Assembly: GCA_963737655.1 (NCBI GenBank)
Contig: CAVTTN010000002.1
Span: 7,040,001-7,104,000, forward strand
Direction of reading: 5' to 3'
Length of the DNA: 64,000 nt
Source of the DNA: an uncultured Planctomycetota bacterium
GTDB lineage: Bacteria; Planctomycetota; Planctomycetia; Isosphaerales; Isosphaeraceae
The notes beneath the pieces were generated by a model that saw nothing but the letters and a program-made list of their open reading frames with translations, was not told the origin of the DNA and searched no databases. The number at the start of each line of letters is the position of its first letter. Positions within the stretch are counted from its first letter, which is position 1. Below are positions 41,025-51,948 of the stretch, piece by piece. The position numbers and the translations under genes are program-made.

Positions 41025-44000
41025 ATGTCGCATCGCGAGCGTTCCATCGATGTCGAGCGGACTCGCAGGAAGAGGCGGACTCGAGCGAGGGCCGAGCTCG
41101 GCGTGATGGCCCTGGAGGGCCGGGTCCTGCTGACGGTCACCGACGTGACGACCGGGATGACCTTCGCCACGATCCAGGCGGCCGTGGACGCCGCCGCCGC
41201 CGGCGACACGCTGAAGGCCACGGCCGGGACCTATAACGAGACCGTCAACGTCACCAAGACCCTGACGATCCAGGGGGCGAGGAGCGGGGTGGACGCCCGC
41301 AACCGCCCGGGGGGCATCAGCACCGAGTCGGTCGTCACCGGGACCACCGGCGGCTTCACGATCGACGCCAAGGACGTGGTGATCGACGGCTTCACGATCG
41401 ACGGCGCCACGGGGGGGCCGGGCATCTCGACCACGCCCACGACCGCCGGCGACCAGATCCTCAACAACATCATCAACAACAACGTCCAGGGCATCCTCCT
41501 GGCCAGCAACGGGACGTCGCCGACGCTGGTCAAGCAGAACGAGATCTCCAACAACAACCAGGCCGGCACCCACAGCGGATTCGGGATCTTTTCGGACCAG
41601 AACGTCCAGGACGCGACGATCGATTCCAACGCGTTCCTCAACAACTCGTCGGGCGATATCCGCTTCGTCGGGGCCACGGTCAGCCAGGTCGGGATCGACA
41701 TCACCAACAACGGGTTCAGCGGCGGGTCCATCGGCCTCTCCGACGTCTCCGGCTCGATCATCACCGGCAACACGATGACCGGGACGGCGGGCCCGGCGAT
41801 CGAGCTGGGCGGCGGCGACGCGGGGATCTCGATCGAGTCCAACACGATCGTCAACAACGCGACGATCGGCGTGGACGTCAGCACGACGCTCCAGACGACC
41901 GCCTCGGCCAACAGCAACGTGACGATCCGCGCCAACCGATTCTTCGGCAACTCCAAGGCGGGCGTCTCGATCGCGGCCCCGGCCGCCTACACCGGCGGCG
42001 CCCTGGACGCCGTTGACAACTGGTGGGGCAGCAACGCCGGGCCGAACCAGACCGGCAACGACTCGACCTCCGGCGACGTGAACGCCACGCCCTGGATCGT
42101 GATGACCATCGCGGCCACGCGCCCGACGGTCGGCCCCGGCGGCTCGTCCGAGGTCACGGCCGGCTTCACCACCGATTCCAACGGCGGGGCCCTGCCCGCC
42201 GGCGCGACCTTCCCCGACGGCACCGCCGTCGCCTTCTCCGCGACGGGCGGGACGATGGCCCCGACGTCGGCGCTGACCGCCACCGGGTCGGCCATGTCCA
42301 CCTTCACCGCGGGAAGCGCCGGCGACGCCTCGTCCAAGGCGACCCTGGACGATCAGTCGCTGACCGTCCCGATCACCGTCCAGGCGATCACGATCACCCC
42401 GGCCACCCTCTCGCCCACCACGATCGGCCAGTCGGTGAACCAGACGATCACCGCGACCGGCGGGGCGGGTACGTTCACCTACACGGTGACCGCCGGGGCC
42501 CTGCCCGACGGCCTGGCCCTGGCCTCCGGCTCCGGGGCCCTGACCGGCACGCCGACCTCCGCCGGCACGACCACCTTCACCGTGACGGCCACCGACATTT
42601 CCGGGGGCACCGGCACCCAGGGCTACTCGTTCGTCGTCAACCCGGCCGTGACCTTCACCACGACCACCCTGCCGGCGACGACGGCCGGGATCGCCTACAG
42701 CCAGCAGTTGGCGACCACCGGCGGGACGTCGCCGACGACCTTCGCCGTGACCACCGGGACGCTGCCGGCCGGGGTCACGCTGTCGATGGCCGGCCTGCTC
42801 AGCGGGACGCCGACCACGGCCGGTTCTTCGGCCGTGACGGTCACCGCCACCGACGCCGCCGGGGCCAAGGCCACCCAGGACCTCACCCTCCTGATTAACC
42901 CGGCCGTCACCTTCACGACGACCACCTTGCCCGCCACCACCCTCGGCGCCTCGTACAACCATCAGGTTTCGGCGACCGGCGGGACCGGCTCGCTGACCTT
43001 CGCCGTGACCACCGGGACGTTGCCGGCCGGGGTCACGCTGTCGATGGCCGGCCTGCTCAGCGGGACGCCGACGGCGGCCGGCTCCTCCACCTTCACCGTG
43101 ACGGCCACCGATAGCCTGGGAGCCAAGGCCACCCAGGGCCTCACCCTCCTCGTCAACCCGGCCGTGACCTTCACCACGACCACCCTGCCGGCGACGACGG
43201 CCGGGATCGCCTACAGCCAGCAGCTGGCGACCACCGGCGGGACGTCGCCGACGACCTTCGCCGTGACCACCGGGACGCTGCCGGCCGGGGTCACGCTGTC
43301 GATGGCCGGCCTGCTCAGCGGGACGCCGACGACGGCCGGTTCTTCGGCCGTGACGGTCACCGCCACCGACGCCGCCGGGGCCAAGGCCACCCAGAATCTC
43401 ACCCTCCTGGTCAACCCGCCGGTGGCCATCACCACGACCACCTTGCCGGCGACGACCGCCGGGATCTCCTACATCCAGACCCTGGCGGCGACCGGGGGGA
43501 CCGGCTCGCTGACCTACTCCGTGACCACGGGCACGCTGCCGGCGGGCCTGTCGCTGTCGCCCTCGGGCGCGATCAGCGGGACTCCGACCGCCGCCGGCTC
43601 CTCCCCCTTCACCGTGACGGCCACCGACAGCCTGGGCGCCACGGCCACCAAGAACCTCACGATCCTGGTCAACCCGGCCGTCACCCTGAACGCCACGGCG
43701 CCGCCCGCTGGGTCGGTCGGTTCGGCCTACAGCTCGCAGATCTCGGCGACCGGGGGGACCGGCGCCCTGACCTACGCGGTGACGACCGGCACGCTGCCGG
43801 CGGGGCTCACGCTGTCGTCTTCCGGCCTGATCAGCGGGACGCCCACGACGGCCGGCTCTTCCACGTTCTTCATCACGGCCACCGATTCGCTCGGCGCCTC
43901 GGGCTCCGCGGTCTATTCGATCCCGATCCGCGCGGCCCTGGCGGTCAGCCCGTCGGCGCTCCCGGCCGGGGTGCTGAACACGTCCTATATCCAGACGATC

Positions 44001-47000
44001 TCGGCGACCGGCGGGACCGGGCCGTACACCTTCGCGGTGACCAGCGGCACCCTGCCCACGGGCCTGACGCTGTCCTCCGCCGGCCTGCTCAACGGGACGC
44101 CCACCGCGGCCGGCTCGTCCACGTTCACCGTCACGGCCACCGACGCCAACAGCGCCACCGCCACCCAGGCGTTCACCCTGGCGGTCAACCCGGTCCTGGC
44201 GATCAACCAGGCCACCCTGCCCGCGACGACCGTGGGGAGCACCTACAGCCAGCAGTTCAGCACGACCGGCGGGGCGACCCCGATCACCTACGCCGTGACC
44301 ACGGGCACGCTGCCCACGGGCCTGACGCTGTCGCCCGTCGGCCTGCTCAGCGGGACGCCCACCGCGGCCGGCTCGTCCACCTTCACCGTCACGGCCACCG
44401 ACGCCAACAGCGCCACCGCCACCCAGGCGATCACCCTGGTGGTCAACCCGGCGGTCGCGATCACGACGACGACCCTGCCGGCCACGACCCTCGGCCAGCC
44501 CTACATCCAGACCCTGGCGGCGACCGGAGGGACCGGGACGCTGACCTTCGCCGTGACCACCGGCACCCTGCCGGCCGGGCTGTCGCTGTCCTCCGACGGC
44601 GTGATCTCCGGGACGACGACCACGGCCCAGACCTCGGCCTTCACCGTGACCGTGACCGACGCGACCGGCTCGAAGGCGACCCAGAATTACTCCCTGGTCG
44701 TCAACCCCGCGCTGGCGATCGGCACGACCTCGCTGACCGGCGTGACCGTCGGGTCGGCCACCAGCGAGCAGATCGCGACGACGGGCGGGACCTCGCCGGT
44801 GGCCTACGCGGTCACCGCGGGCACGCTGCCGGCGGGGCTCACGCTGTCGACCTCCGGCCTGATCAGCGGGACGGCGACGACGGCCGGCTCCTCCACGTTC
44901 ACCGTGAAGGCGACCGACGCCTCGGGCGCCTCGGCCACGAAGGACCTGACGCTGGTGGTCAGCCCGGCCATCACCTTCGGCACGACCACCCTGCCGGCCA
45001 CCACGATCAACCGGCCCTACAGCCAGCAGATCGCGGCCACCGGAGGCTCGGGGACGCTCACCTTCGCGGTGACGACCGGCACGCTGCCCACCGGCCTCAC
45101 GCTCACCCCGGCCGGCCTGCTCAGCGGGACGCCCACGGCCGCCGGTTCGTCCACCTTCACCGTGACGGCCACCGACGGCAACGGCGCCAAGCAGGCCCAG
45201 GCCCTCACCCTGGTCGTCAACCCGGCCCTGGCGATCGGCACGACCTCGCTGAGTCCGATCACCGTCGGCACCGCCACCAGCCAGCAACTGCACTCGACCG
45301 GCGGGACGTCGCCGGTGACGTACGCGGTGACGACCGGCACGCTGCCGGCGGGGCTCACGCTATCGACCTCCGGCCTGCTCAGCGGGACGGCGACGACGGC
45401 CGGCTCCTCCACGTTCACCGTGACGGCCACCGACGCCTCGGGAGGGACGGCCACCCAGGTCCTCTCGGTGGTGGCGAATCCGGCGATCGCGATCACGACC
45501 GCCTCGCTGCCCACGGCCACCGTGGGGACCGCCTACAGCCAGGCGCTCGCGGCCACCGGAGGCTCGGGGACGCTCACGTACTCCCTCGGCTCGGGCACCC
45601 TGCCGGCGGGCCTCACGTTGTCCTCCGCCGGGCTGATCAGCGGGACGCCCACGACGGCCGGCTCCTCCACCTTCACGGTGGTCGTGACCGACCAGGCGGG
45701 CGCGACCGCCTCTCATCAGTACTCGCTGACGACGAACGCCACCTACACGCTGAACCCCACGGCGATCCCGGCCGGGGTGATCAACACGGCCTACAGCCAG
45801 CAGTTGAACGCCACCGGAGGGAGCGGGACCTCCACCTTCGCCGTGACCACCGGCGCCCTGCCGGCGGGGCTCACGCTGTCGACGTCCGGGCTGATCAGCG
45901 GGACGCCGACGACGGCCGGCTCCTCGACGTTCACCGTCCAGGCCACCGACGCCGCCAGCGACAAGGCGAGCCGGGTGTACACGCTGGCGATCAACTCGAC
46001 GCTGGCGATCAACCAGGCCACGCTGCCCTCGCCCGTGGTGGGATCGGCCTACAGCCAGCAATTGTCGGTCACCGGCGGGACCACGCCGTTCACCTACACC
46101 CTGGCCTCGGGCGCACTTCCGGCGGGGCTCACGCTGTCGTCTACCGGGCTGATCAGCGGGACGCCGACGACGGCCGGGAATTCCTCGTTCACCGTCCGGG
46201 CCACGGACGCCAACGGGGCGACCGCCACCCAGGACTTCATGGTGATGACCAACCCGGCGCTGGCCATCACCCAGACCACCCTGCCTGCGGCCGTCCTGGG
46301 CACGGCGTACAACCAGCAGATCACGGCGACCGGGGGCGTCTCGCCCTACACGTTCGCCGTGACCAACGGGTCTCTGCCGGCGGGCCTGACGCTCGGCACC
46401 ACCGGGGCGATCACCGGGACGCCCACGGCCGCGGGGACGTCCACCTTCACCGTGACGACCATGGACCAGTCCGGCGCCACGGCCACGCAGACGTTCACCC
46501 TGGCCGTCAACTCGACGCTGGCGATCAACCAGACCACGCTGCCGGCCGCGACGACCGGGACGGCCTACAGCCAGCAGCTCTCGGTCACCGGAGGGGCGAC
46601 CCCGGTCACCTATTCCCTGCTCTCCGGCACCCTGCCGGCGGGCCTCACGCTGTCGACTTCCGGGCTGATCAGCGGGACGCCGACGACGGCCGGCTCCTCG
46701 ACGTTCACCGTCCAGGCCACCGACGCCAACGGGGCGACCGCCACCCAGGCGCTGACCCTCGCCGTGAACGCCCCGGCGGTCGTCGCGCCGCCGACGGTCA
46801 CCAACCTCCAGCGCTTCGGCTTCCACCTCCAGCCGACGGAATACGTCATCACCTTCAGCTCGGCGATGGACCCGACCCGGGCCCAGAACGTGAGCAACTA
46901 CGTCCTGAAGCTCGCCCGAGGCGGGCCGGCGATCCGCATCACCTCGGCCGTGTATGACGCCGTCGCCCACACGGTGACCCTCCGCACGGCGAAGCTGCTG

Positions 47001-47315
47001 AACGTCCACCGTCAGTACTCGCTGACGATCAACGGCATGGCCCCCTCGGGCCTGACCGGGCAATCCACCCAGTCCGGCCAGACCGGCCCGCTGCTCGACG
47101 GGCAGGGCAACGGCTCGGCCGGGAGCAACTACACCCGGACCTTCGGCATGGAGATCCTCGCCGGCCCGAGCACGGTCCAGTCGAGCAAGGTCCGCGCGAA
47201 GATCCACGCGACGCCGGCCGTCGCCAGCGGCCACAAGGTCGGCGCCCTCGGCCACCTCTCCGGCAAGGCCGTGGACGCCGTCCTCCACCTGATGAAGGTC
47301 CGTCGCCACCGCTGA
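41025..47315 (+). CDS. Large surface/secreted protein: LEPR-xLL-type N-terminus, right-handed beta-helix, 17 putative Ig (He_PIG-like) repeats
   Basis: LEGRVLLT; TIQAAVDAAAAGDT; Asn/Ile-rich coils; NWWGS..GP; 17 x G(T/A/S)LP.G..L...G..SGTPT. Confidence 0.9.
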   Translation: MSHRERSIDVERTRRKRRTRARAELGVMALEGRVLLTVTDVTTGMTFATIQAAVDAAAAGDTLKATAGTYNETVNVTKTLTIQGARSGVDARNRPGGISTESVVTGTTGGFTIDAKDVVIDGFTIDGATGGPGISTTPTTAGDQILNNIINNNVQGILLASNGTSPTLVKQNEISNNNQAGTHSGFGIFSDQNVQDATIDSNAFLNNSSGDIRFVGATVSQVGIDITNNGFSGGSIGLSDVSGSIITGNTMTGTAGPAIELGGGDAGISIESNTIVNNATIGVDVSTTLQTTASANSNVTIRANRFFGNSKAGVSIAAPAAYTGGALDAVDNWWGSNAGPNQTGNDSTSGDVNATPWIVMTIAATRPTVGPGGSSEVTAGFTTDSNGGALPAGATFPDGTAVAFSATGGTMAPTSALTATGSAMSTFTAGSAGDASSKATLDDQSLTVPITVQAITITPATLSPTTIGQSVNQTITATGGAGTFTYTVTAGALPDGLALASGSGALTGTPTSAGTTTFTVTATDISGGTGTQGYSFVVNPAVTFTTTTLPATTAGIAYSQQLATTGGTSPTTFAVTTGTLPAGVTLSMAGLLSGTPTTAGSSAVTVTATDAAGAKATQDLTLLINPAVTFTTTTLPATTLGASYNHQVSATGGTGSLTFAVTTGTLPAGVTLSMAGLLSGTPTAAGSSTFTVTATDSLGAKATQGLTLLVNPAVTFTTTTLPATTAGIAYSQQLATTGGTSPTTFAVTTGTLPAGVTLSMAGLLSGTPTTAGSSAVTVTATDAAGAKATQNLTLLVNPPVAITTTTLPATTAGISYIQTLAATGGTGSLTYSVTTGTLPAGLSLSPSGAISGTPTAAGSSPFTVTATDSLGATATKNLTILVNPAVTLNATAPPAGSVGSAYSSQISATGGTGALTYAVTTGTLPAGLTLSSSGLISGTPTTAGSSTFFITATDSLGASGSAVYSIPIRAALAVSPSALPAGVLNTSYIQTISATGGTGPYTFAVTSGTLPTGLTLSSAGLLNGTPTAAGSSTFTVTATDANSATATQAFTLAVNPVLAINQATLPATTVGSTYSQQFSTTGGATPITYAVTTGTLPTGLTLSPVGLLSGTPTAAGSSTFTVTATDANSATATQAITLVVNPAVAITTTTLPATTLGQPYIQTLAATGGTGTLTFAVTTGTLPAGLSLSSDGVISGTTTTAQTSAFTVTVTDATGSKATQNYSLVVNPALAIGTTSLTGVTVGSATSEQIATTGGTSPVAYAVTAGTLPAGLTLSTSGLISGTATTAGSSTFTVKATDASGASATKDLTLVVSPAITFGTTTLPATTINRPYSQQIAATGGSGTLTFAVTTGTLPTGLTLTPAGLLSGTPTAAGSSTFTVTATDGNGAKQAQALTLVVNPALAIGTTSLSPITVGTATSQQLHSTGGTSPVTYAVTTGTLPAGLTLSTSGLLSGTATTAGSSTFTVTATDASGGTATQVLSVVANPAIAITTASLPTATVGTAYSQALAATGGSGTLTYSLGSGTLPAGLTLSSAGLISGTPTTAGSSTFTVVVTDQAGATASHQYSLTTNATYTLNPTAIPAGVINTAYSQQLNATGGSGTSTFAVTTGALPAGLTLSTSGLISGTPTTAGSSTFTVQATDAASDKASRVYTLAINSTLAINQATLPSPVVGSAYSQQLSVTGGTTPFTYTLASGALPAGLTLSSTGLISGTPTTAGNSSFTVRATDANGATATQDFMVMTNPALAITQTTLPAAVLGTAYNQQITATGGVSPYTFAVTNGSLPAGLTLGTTGAITGTPTAAGTSTFTVTTMDQSGATATQTFTLAVNSTLAINQTTLPAATTGTAYSQQLSVTGGATPVTYSLLSGTLPAGLTLSTSGLISGTPTTAGSSTFTVQATDANGATATQALTLAVNAPAVVAPPTVTNLQRFGFHLQPTEYVITFSSAMDPTRAQNVSNYVLKLARGGPAIRITSAVYDAVAHTVTLRTAKLLNVHRQYSLTINGMAPSGLTGQSTQSGQTGPLLDGQGNGSAGSNYTRTFGMEILAGPSTVQSSKVRAKIHATPAVASGHKVGALGHLSGKAVDAVLHLMKVRRHR
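42385..46770 (+). repeat. Tandem ~258-bp (86-aa) coding repeats
   Basis: 17 units; 42635-42893 and 43151-43409 are nearly identical in DNA. Confidence 0.9.
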
Positions 47316-47346
47316 TCGGCGACCCCGCAAGCCCGTCCGTGATCTG

Positions 47347-47387
47347 GCGACCCGGCGCCGAGGACCAAGTCCTCGGCGCCGGGTCGC
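47347..47387. terminator. Perfect 19-bp hairpin, probable bidirectional terminator
   Basis: GCGACCCGGCGCCGAGGAC-CAA-GTCCTCGGCGCCGGGTCGC between convergent genes. Confidence 0.7.
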
Positions 47388-47438
47388 GGTGCTTTGACGC
47401 CTTCCCTCCTCGGCGAGGGCGTGGAGGGGAAGGGGTCG

Positions 47439-49698
47439 CTATCGCTTCTCCAGCTCCTCCGCGACCCGGTCCACGCTCGCCGCATAAGCCTTCAGGGCCT
47501 GAGCCGCCCGGCCGATCTCCCGTTCGGCTTCCTCGTAACGCTTCTCCTCGATCCCCTCGCGGATTCCCGGCAGGGTCTTGACCCCGTAGCCGGTGTAGAA
47601 CCCGGGCGCGTAGATCAGGTGCTTGAACCACGGCCGACCGGGGAAGCCCCTCGTTGCTGGTCAGGCGGCGTTCGGTCTGGATCAAGAGCGCGTTGAGGCT
47701 CGCCAGGTCCTCAACGCCTGCCCCGTCATGCGTCTTGGCGAAGGACTCGATCGCCCGGGAGTACCTCTGGGCGCTGCGGTCCAGCGCGACGAGGGCATTC
47801 TCCAGGGGGGCGAAGTTCAGGAAGGGGGGGACCGCCTGCTTCGGCGGCGCGAGCAGGGGGTGGCGCGGGTCGCTCGCGATCGCGAAGAGGCCCTGATCGA
47901 TCGCCTCGTTGCGGTCGCGGACCTCGTCCTGTTTGTCGGACAGGAGCTTCTTGACCTCGTTCCCATAGGTGTGCATCGTGTCGGAGAAATCGATGAAGTC
48001 GTAGGGCAAGACGTCCGCGTCGGCGAACCTCATGAGCATCGTCCCGGCCGTCTGCGCCAGGGCCCGGGCGTAGACGAACTCGGTGTCCGAGAAGCGGGTG
48101 TACCAGAAGAAATCGTCATAGATCGAGTGATAAATGCCCTGCTTGTCCTCGCCCCCGAACCCGAGGTTGAGCGACGCGACCCCCAGGTGATCGAGGAACG
48201 CCGTGTAGTCGCTCCCCGACCCCAATGCGGGGATGCGGAGGTCGGCCCGCGAGCGGACTTCCTTGATCACGTCGGCGGTGCCCGAGGTCCGGCGGAGGGC
48301 CTTCAGGCGATGGGCCAGGGAGACGTTCGTCTCGGGGTCGAGGATGTCCCGGGCCACGCCGTTCGCGAATTTCTCCAGGGAATGCGACCCGCCCACGCCG
48401 AGGAACCCCCGGCCGTTGCTGTCCGAGTTCACGTAGACCGCGGCATGGGCGATCAGGTCGGCGGCGTGCTCCTCGCACCATTCCGTCGACCCGAGGAGCC
48501 CCGGCTCCTCGCCGTCCCAGGCGCAGAAGAGGATCGTCCGCCCGGGCTTCCATCCCTGCTTGAGGAGCTCGGAGAGGGCGCGGGCCTCCTCCAGGAGCGC
48601 GACCAGGCCGGAGACGGGGTCGTCGGCGCCGTTGACCCAGGCGTCGTGGTGGTTGCCTCGGATGATCCACTGGTCGGGCGAGCGCGCTCCGGGGATCGTG
48701 GCGATGATGTTGCGGATGGGCTTGATGTCCCAGTTCGACTCGACCTTCAGATGGACCTTCGCGGGGCCGGGGCCGACGTGGTAGGTGATCGGCAGGCCGC
48801 CGCGGAAGTCTTCCGGGACGGCCGGGCCTTTCAGCTCGGCCAGCAGGGGCTTCGCGTCCCCGTACGAGATGGGGAGGACCGGGATCTTCGTGATCGTTGG
48901 CGCCTCCTTGACCGAGAGGCGCCTGGCATCCCCCTTCGAGGCGATTCCGGGCGTCAGGGGGTCGCCGGGATACAAAGGCATGTCGGCCACGCTGCCTCGC
49001 TGGACGCCGTTCTCATTGCGCATCGGGCCCTTCGGGAAGACGTCATCGACGACGTAGCCGTCATCCGCGGGGTCGGAATAGATCAGGCAACCGACCGCGC
49101 CATGCTCCGCGGCCACCTTCACCTTGATCCCTCGCCACGACTTGCCGTAACGGGCGATCACGACCGCCCCCTTCACCGAGACGCCCAGGCGGTCCAGGGT
49201 CTCGTAATCCTTCGGGATGCCATAGTTCACATAGACGAGAGGTGCGGTCACGTCGCCGTCGATGGAATAGGCGTGGTAGGGCGGGAGCTGCTCGGCCTGC
49301 TGATCCGAGGTCGGGTCCTCCGGGACGGCCGGCTCCTGGAGCTTCGCGACGAAGCGGACCGGCTCGACGAGCTCGAGGACCCGGGCCTTCGGGGTCGGAA
49401 AAAGCACGTCGTATTGCTCAATCTTCGCGTCGAGTCCCCAGGCCTTGAATCGCTCCAGAATCCATTCGGCGTTGTCCCTGTCGTGGGGAGAGCCGACATG
49501 ATGAGGGCGGGCGCTCAGCCGCTTCATGGCGTCTCGCATGACCTGGGGGCTGGGGATCGCCCGGAATTTCTCCTCCCAGGAGCGTTCGGTCTTCGAAGAC
49601 GCGGCCGTGAAGCCGTAAAGGGGTGCGTCGTCCGCCGCCCGCGCAAGGGAAATCGAGGCGGCGAAGACCAGGGTCGCGATCGCAAGGGCTCGGCTCAT
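47439..49698 (-). CDS. M28 glutamate carboxypeptidase II-like peptidase (PA + TfR dimerisation domains); apparent frameshift near 47640
   Basis: VQRGS, YPGDPLTPG, GNHHDAW..GADDP, WDGEE.GLLGSTEW, GSGSDY, YHSIYD; removing one C restores LPGRPWFKHLIYAPG...EELEKR*. Confidence 0.92.
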
Positions 49699-49956
49699 CG
49701 AATCTCCCGGCGGCGAGTTCTCAGGAAGGGGTTTACGCGGAGGCGGTCGATCGCGCGCGTGACCAGGAGTTCTAAGGCGGACCCGTGGACGGGTCAAGGG
49801 CCGGCGGACCGGCCCGGCCGGACCATGCGGATGCGTGAACCCGAACCGAGGACGTCGTCCTCAGCCCGACGTCGAGACTTCGAAGGACCCGAATCGTCGC
49901 ATCCCGGCCCGGTTCCGCCGCCGAACCGGCCGGGCCACGGTCCGCGATTTCCCGAA

Positions 49957-50002
49957 GGGTGCCTGACCGGATTCGAACCCGCGATCCCCAGATCCACAAT
50001 CT
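49957..50002 (-). pseudogene. 3' fragment of tRNA-His(GUG), probable att site
   Basis: Minus strand AGATTGTGGATCTGGGGATCGCGGGTTCGAATCCGGTCAGGCACCC = anticodon loop GTG, T-arm and 3' acceptor strand; no matching D-arm or 5' acceptor strand. Confidence 0.8.
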
Positions 50003-50140
50003 CGTCTCAACCTACCCCGACCGAAGCCTGAAGACGCTGTCCAGTAGGATTTTACGACAGAATCGAGTCCCGACTGTACTTTCCGGGATTTTATAGCTTC
50101 CGAACCGTCGGTCGGGTCCGAGGCCGCGCGAGGATTGGAA

Positions 50141-50515
50141 TCAGCCGCTCTCGAGGCTCAGTTCCCAGCCCGTGCTCAGACAGAGTATCTCCCAGCAGTG
50201 GGAGACCTGGGCAACGCCCCGGTTGACCTGAACCCAGACTCGCTCCACAGGACCGCCGGTACCGAGGTTGAAGGTGACTTCGTATGATTCGGATTCCACG
50301 TGGCCGCACATGAAGGAGGGTCGCTGCTCCAGGGCTCCACTCACCATCTCTGGCAGCGCGATCCCTCGTGCGTTAAGGCTCGCGAGCTTCTCCCGGCCGG
50401 ACGGTGACCAGTCGAACGCGACATCAGGGAATACGGCGCGAAGTGACTGCTGGACCGAAGTCGGTGTGCCCAGCGGCTGGCCGTCGTCTCGTTGGAGCGT
50501 TCCCTGGATACACAC
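50141..50515 (-). CDS. Small hypothetical protein inside the IS boundaries
   Basis: 124-aa ORF with globular-looking composition and lower GC than the host. Confidence 0.5.
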   Translation of the reverse strand: MCIQGTLQRDDGQPLGTPTSVQQSLRAVFPDVAFDWSPSGREKLASLNARGIALPEMVSGALEQRPSFMCGHVESESYEVTFNLGTGGPVERVWVQVNRGVAQVSHCWEILCLSTGWELSLESG

Positions 50516-50616
50516 GAGCGGAGCCGCCTGTCCAAATCGATTAGACGGGGGCCGGCCCGAGCGGGACGATGGCGGTTACTACACCAGCCTGACACCCCGA
50601 GCGGAGCCGGCCCCCG

Positions 50617-51948
50617 ATGACATCCTCGCGTCTCACGCCCGCCCCGTGCCAGTGGTTCTCCTGGCTCGCCGTCGCCCTCGACCGTCGCTCCGCTCCCCGG
50701 CTCGCCCTGCTGTTCCTCGGCGCCGTCCTGGCCCGGGGCCGGCGCACCGTCACCACCTGGATCAGGGCGGCCAAGCTCGGCGGTCAATATCAGCGCTGCT
50801 ACGTCGCCGTGGCGGCCGCCGGCAAGCGGGCCGATCGCATCGCCCGACGACTGCTGACCGAGGTGGTCCGGCCGCTCCTCAAGGGGGCCACGCGGCTAAC
50901 CCTCGCCCTGGACGACACCCCGACGAAGCGGTATGGCCCGCACGTCCAGGGGGCCGGCGTGCATCACAACCCGACACCCGGCCCTGCCGGTTCGCCCTAT
51001 GTCTACGGCCATGTCTTCGTCGTCCTGGCCCTGCTCGTGGCCCATCCGTCGTGGGGAGTCGTCGCCCTGCCGCTGCTGGCCCGGCTCTACGTCCGCAAGA
51101 AGGACCTGCCGGGCATCGACCCGAAGCATCGGCCGCCGTTCCGCACCAAGCTGGAAACGGCCGTCGAACTGCTGCGGTGGGCCAAGCCCTGGCTGGGGCT
51201 GCTGGGATTGCCGATCCGGGTGGTGGCCGACGGTGCCTATGCCAAGGCGGCCTTCCTCAAGCCGGCGATGTCACTGGGCATGACGGTCGTCAGCCGACTC
51301 AGAAAGGATGCGGCGTTGCGGACGTTGCCCGGCCCACGGCCGGCGGGGAAGCGGGGCCGGCCGCGGACCTACGGGGAGGAAAAGATCGACCTGGCCAAGC
51401 GAGGCGGCCAGCGGCGTGGCTGGTCGTCCGACACGTTCGACCTTTACGGGCAGAAGGCGGTCAAGAAGTACAAGACGTTCCTGGCGACCTGGCGGCCGGC
51501 CGGTGGCGCGATCCGAGTGGTGCTGGTCGATGAGCCGACCGGATGGCGGGCCTATTTCTGCTCCGACACCGAGGCGAGCGTGGCCGACATCCTGGGGATG
51601 GTGTCCGACCGGTTCAGCCTGGAGATCACCTTTCGCGAGTGCAAGCAGGTCGTCGGGGCGGGCCAACAGCAGGTGCGGTTCATCTGGGCGAACATCGGGG
51701 CGTTCCACGTCTGCCTGTGGACGTTCACGCGGACCGAGGCGTGGGCCTGGGGCCGGAAGCAGGAGGAGTTGGTAGACCGCTCGGGCTCGCCGTGGGATAG
51801 CTCGCCGCGCCGTCCGAGCCACGCGGACAAGCGGCGGGCGTGGCGTCGTGAATTGCTGGGCGAGGAGATTCGTGCGACTCTACGCCCGGGGGCGACCGAG
51901 GCGGAAATCCAGGCCATGGCAGAAAGGCTGCTCAGCTTGGCCGCATGA
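50617..51948 (+). CDS. IS701-family DDE transposase
   Basis: LALDDTPTKRYGP, VVADGAYA, RFSLEITFRECKQ; intact 443 aa. Confidence 0.92.
   Translation: MTSSRLTPAPCQWFSWLAVALDRRSAPRLALLFLGAVLARGRRTVTTWIRAAKLGGQYQRCYVAVAAAGKRADRIARRLLTEVVRPLLKGATRLTLALDDTPTKRYGPHVQGAGVHHNPTPGPAGSPYVYGHVFVVLALLVAHPSWGVVALPLLARLYVRKKDLPGIDPKHRPPFRTKLETAVELLRWAKPWLGLLGLPIRVVADGAYAKAAFLKPAMSLGMTVVSRLRKDAALRTLPGPRPAGKRGRPRTYGEEKIDLAKRGGQRRGWSSDTFDLYGQKAVKKYKTFLATWRPAGGAIRVVLVDEPTGWRAYFCSDTEASVADILGMVSDRFSLEITFRECKQVVGAGQQQVRFIWANIGAFHVCLWTFTRTEAWAWGRKQEELVDRSGSPWDSSPRRPSHADKRRAWRRELLGEEIRATLRPGATEAEIQAMAERLLSLAA

Noticed and set aside
42385..46770. Possible CRISPR-like or non-coding array
   Set aside because: In-frame 258-bp protein repeats with no repeat-spacer structure; no cas genes in the window
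49957..50030. Intact tRNA-His gene
   Set aside because: No D-arm and no 5' acceptor strand complementary to the 3' end; T-stem mismatch
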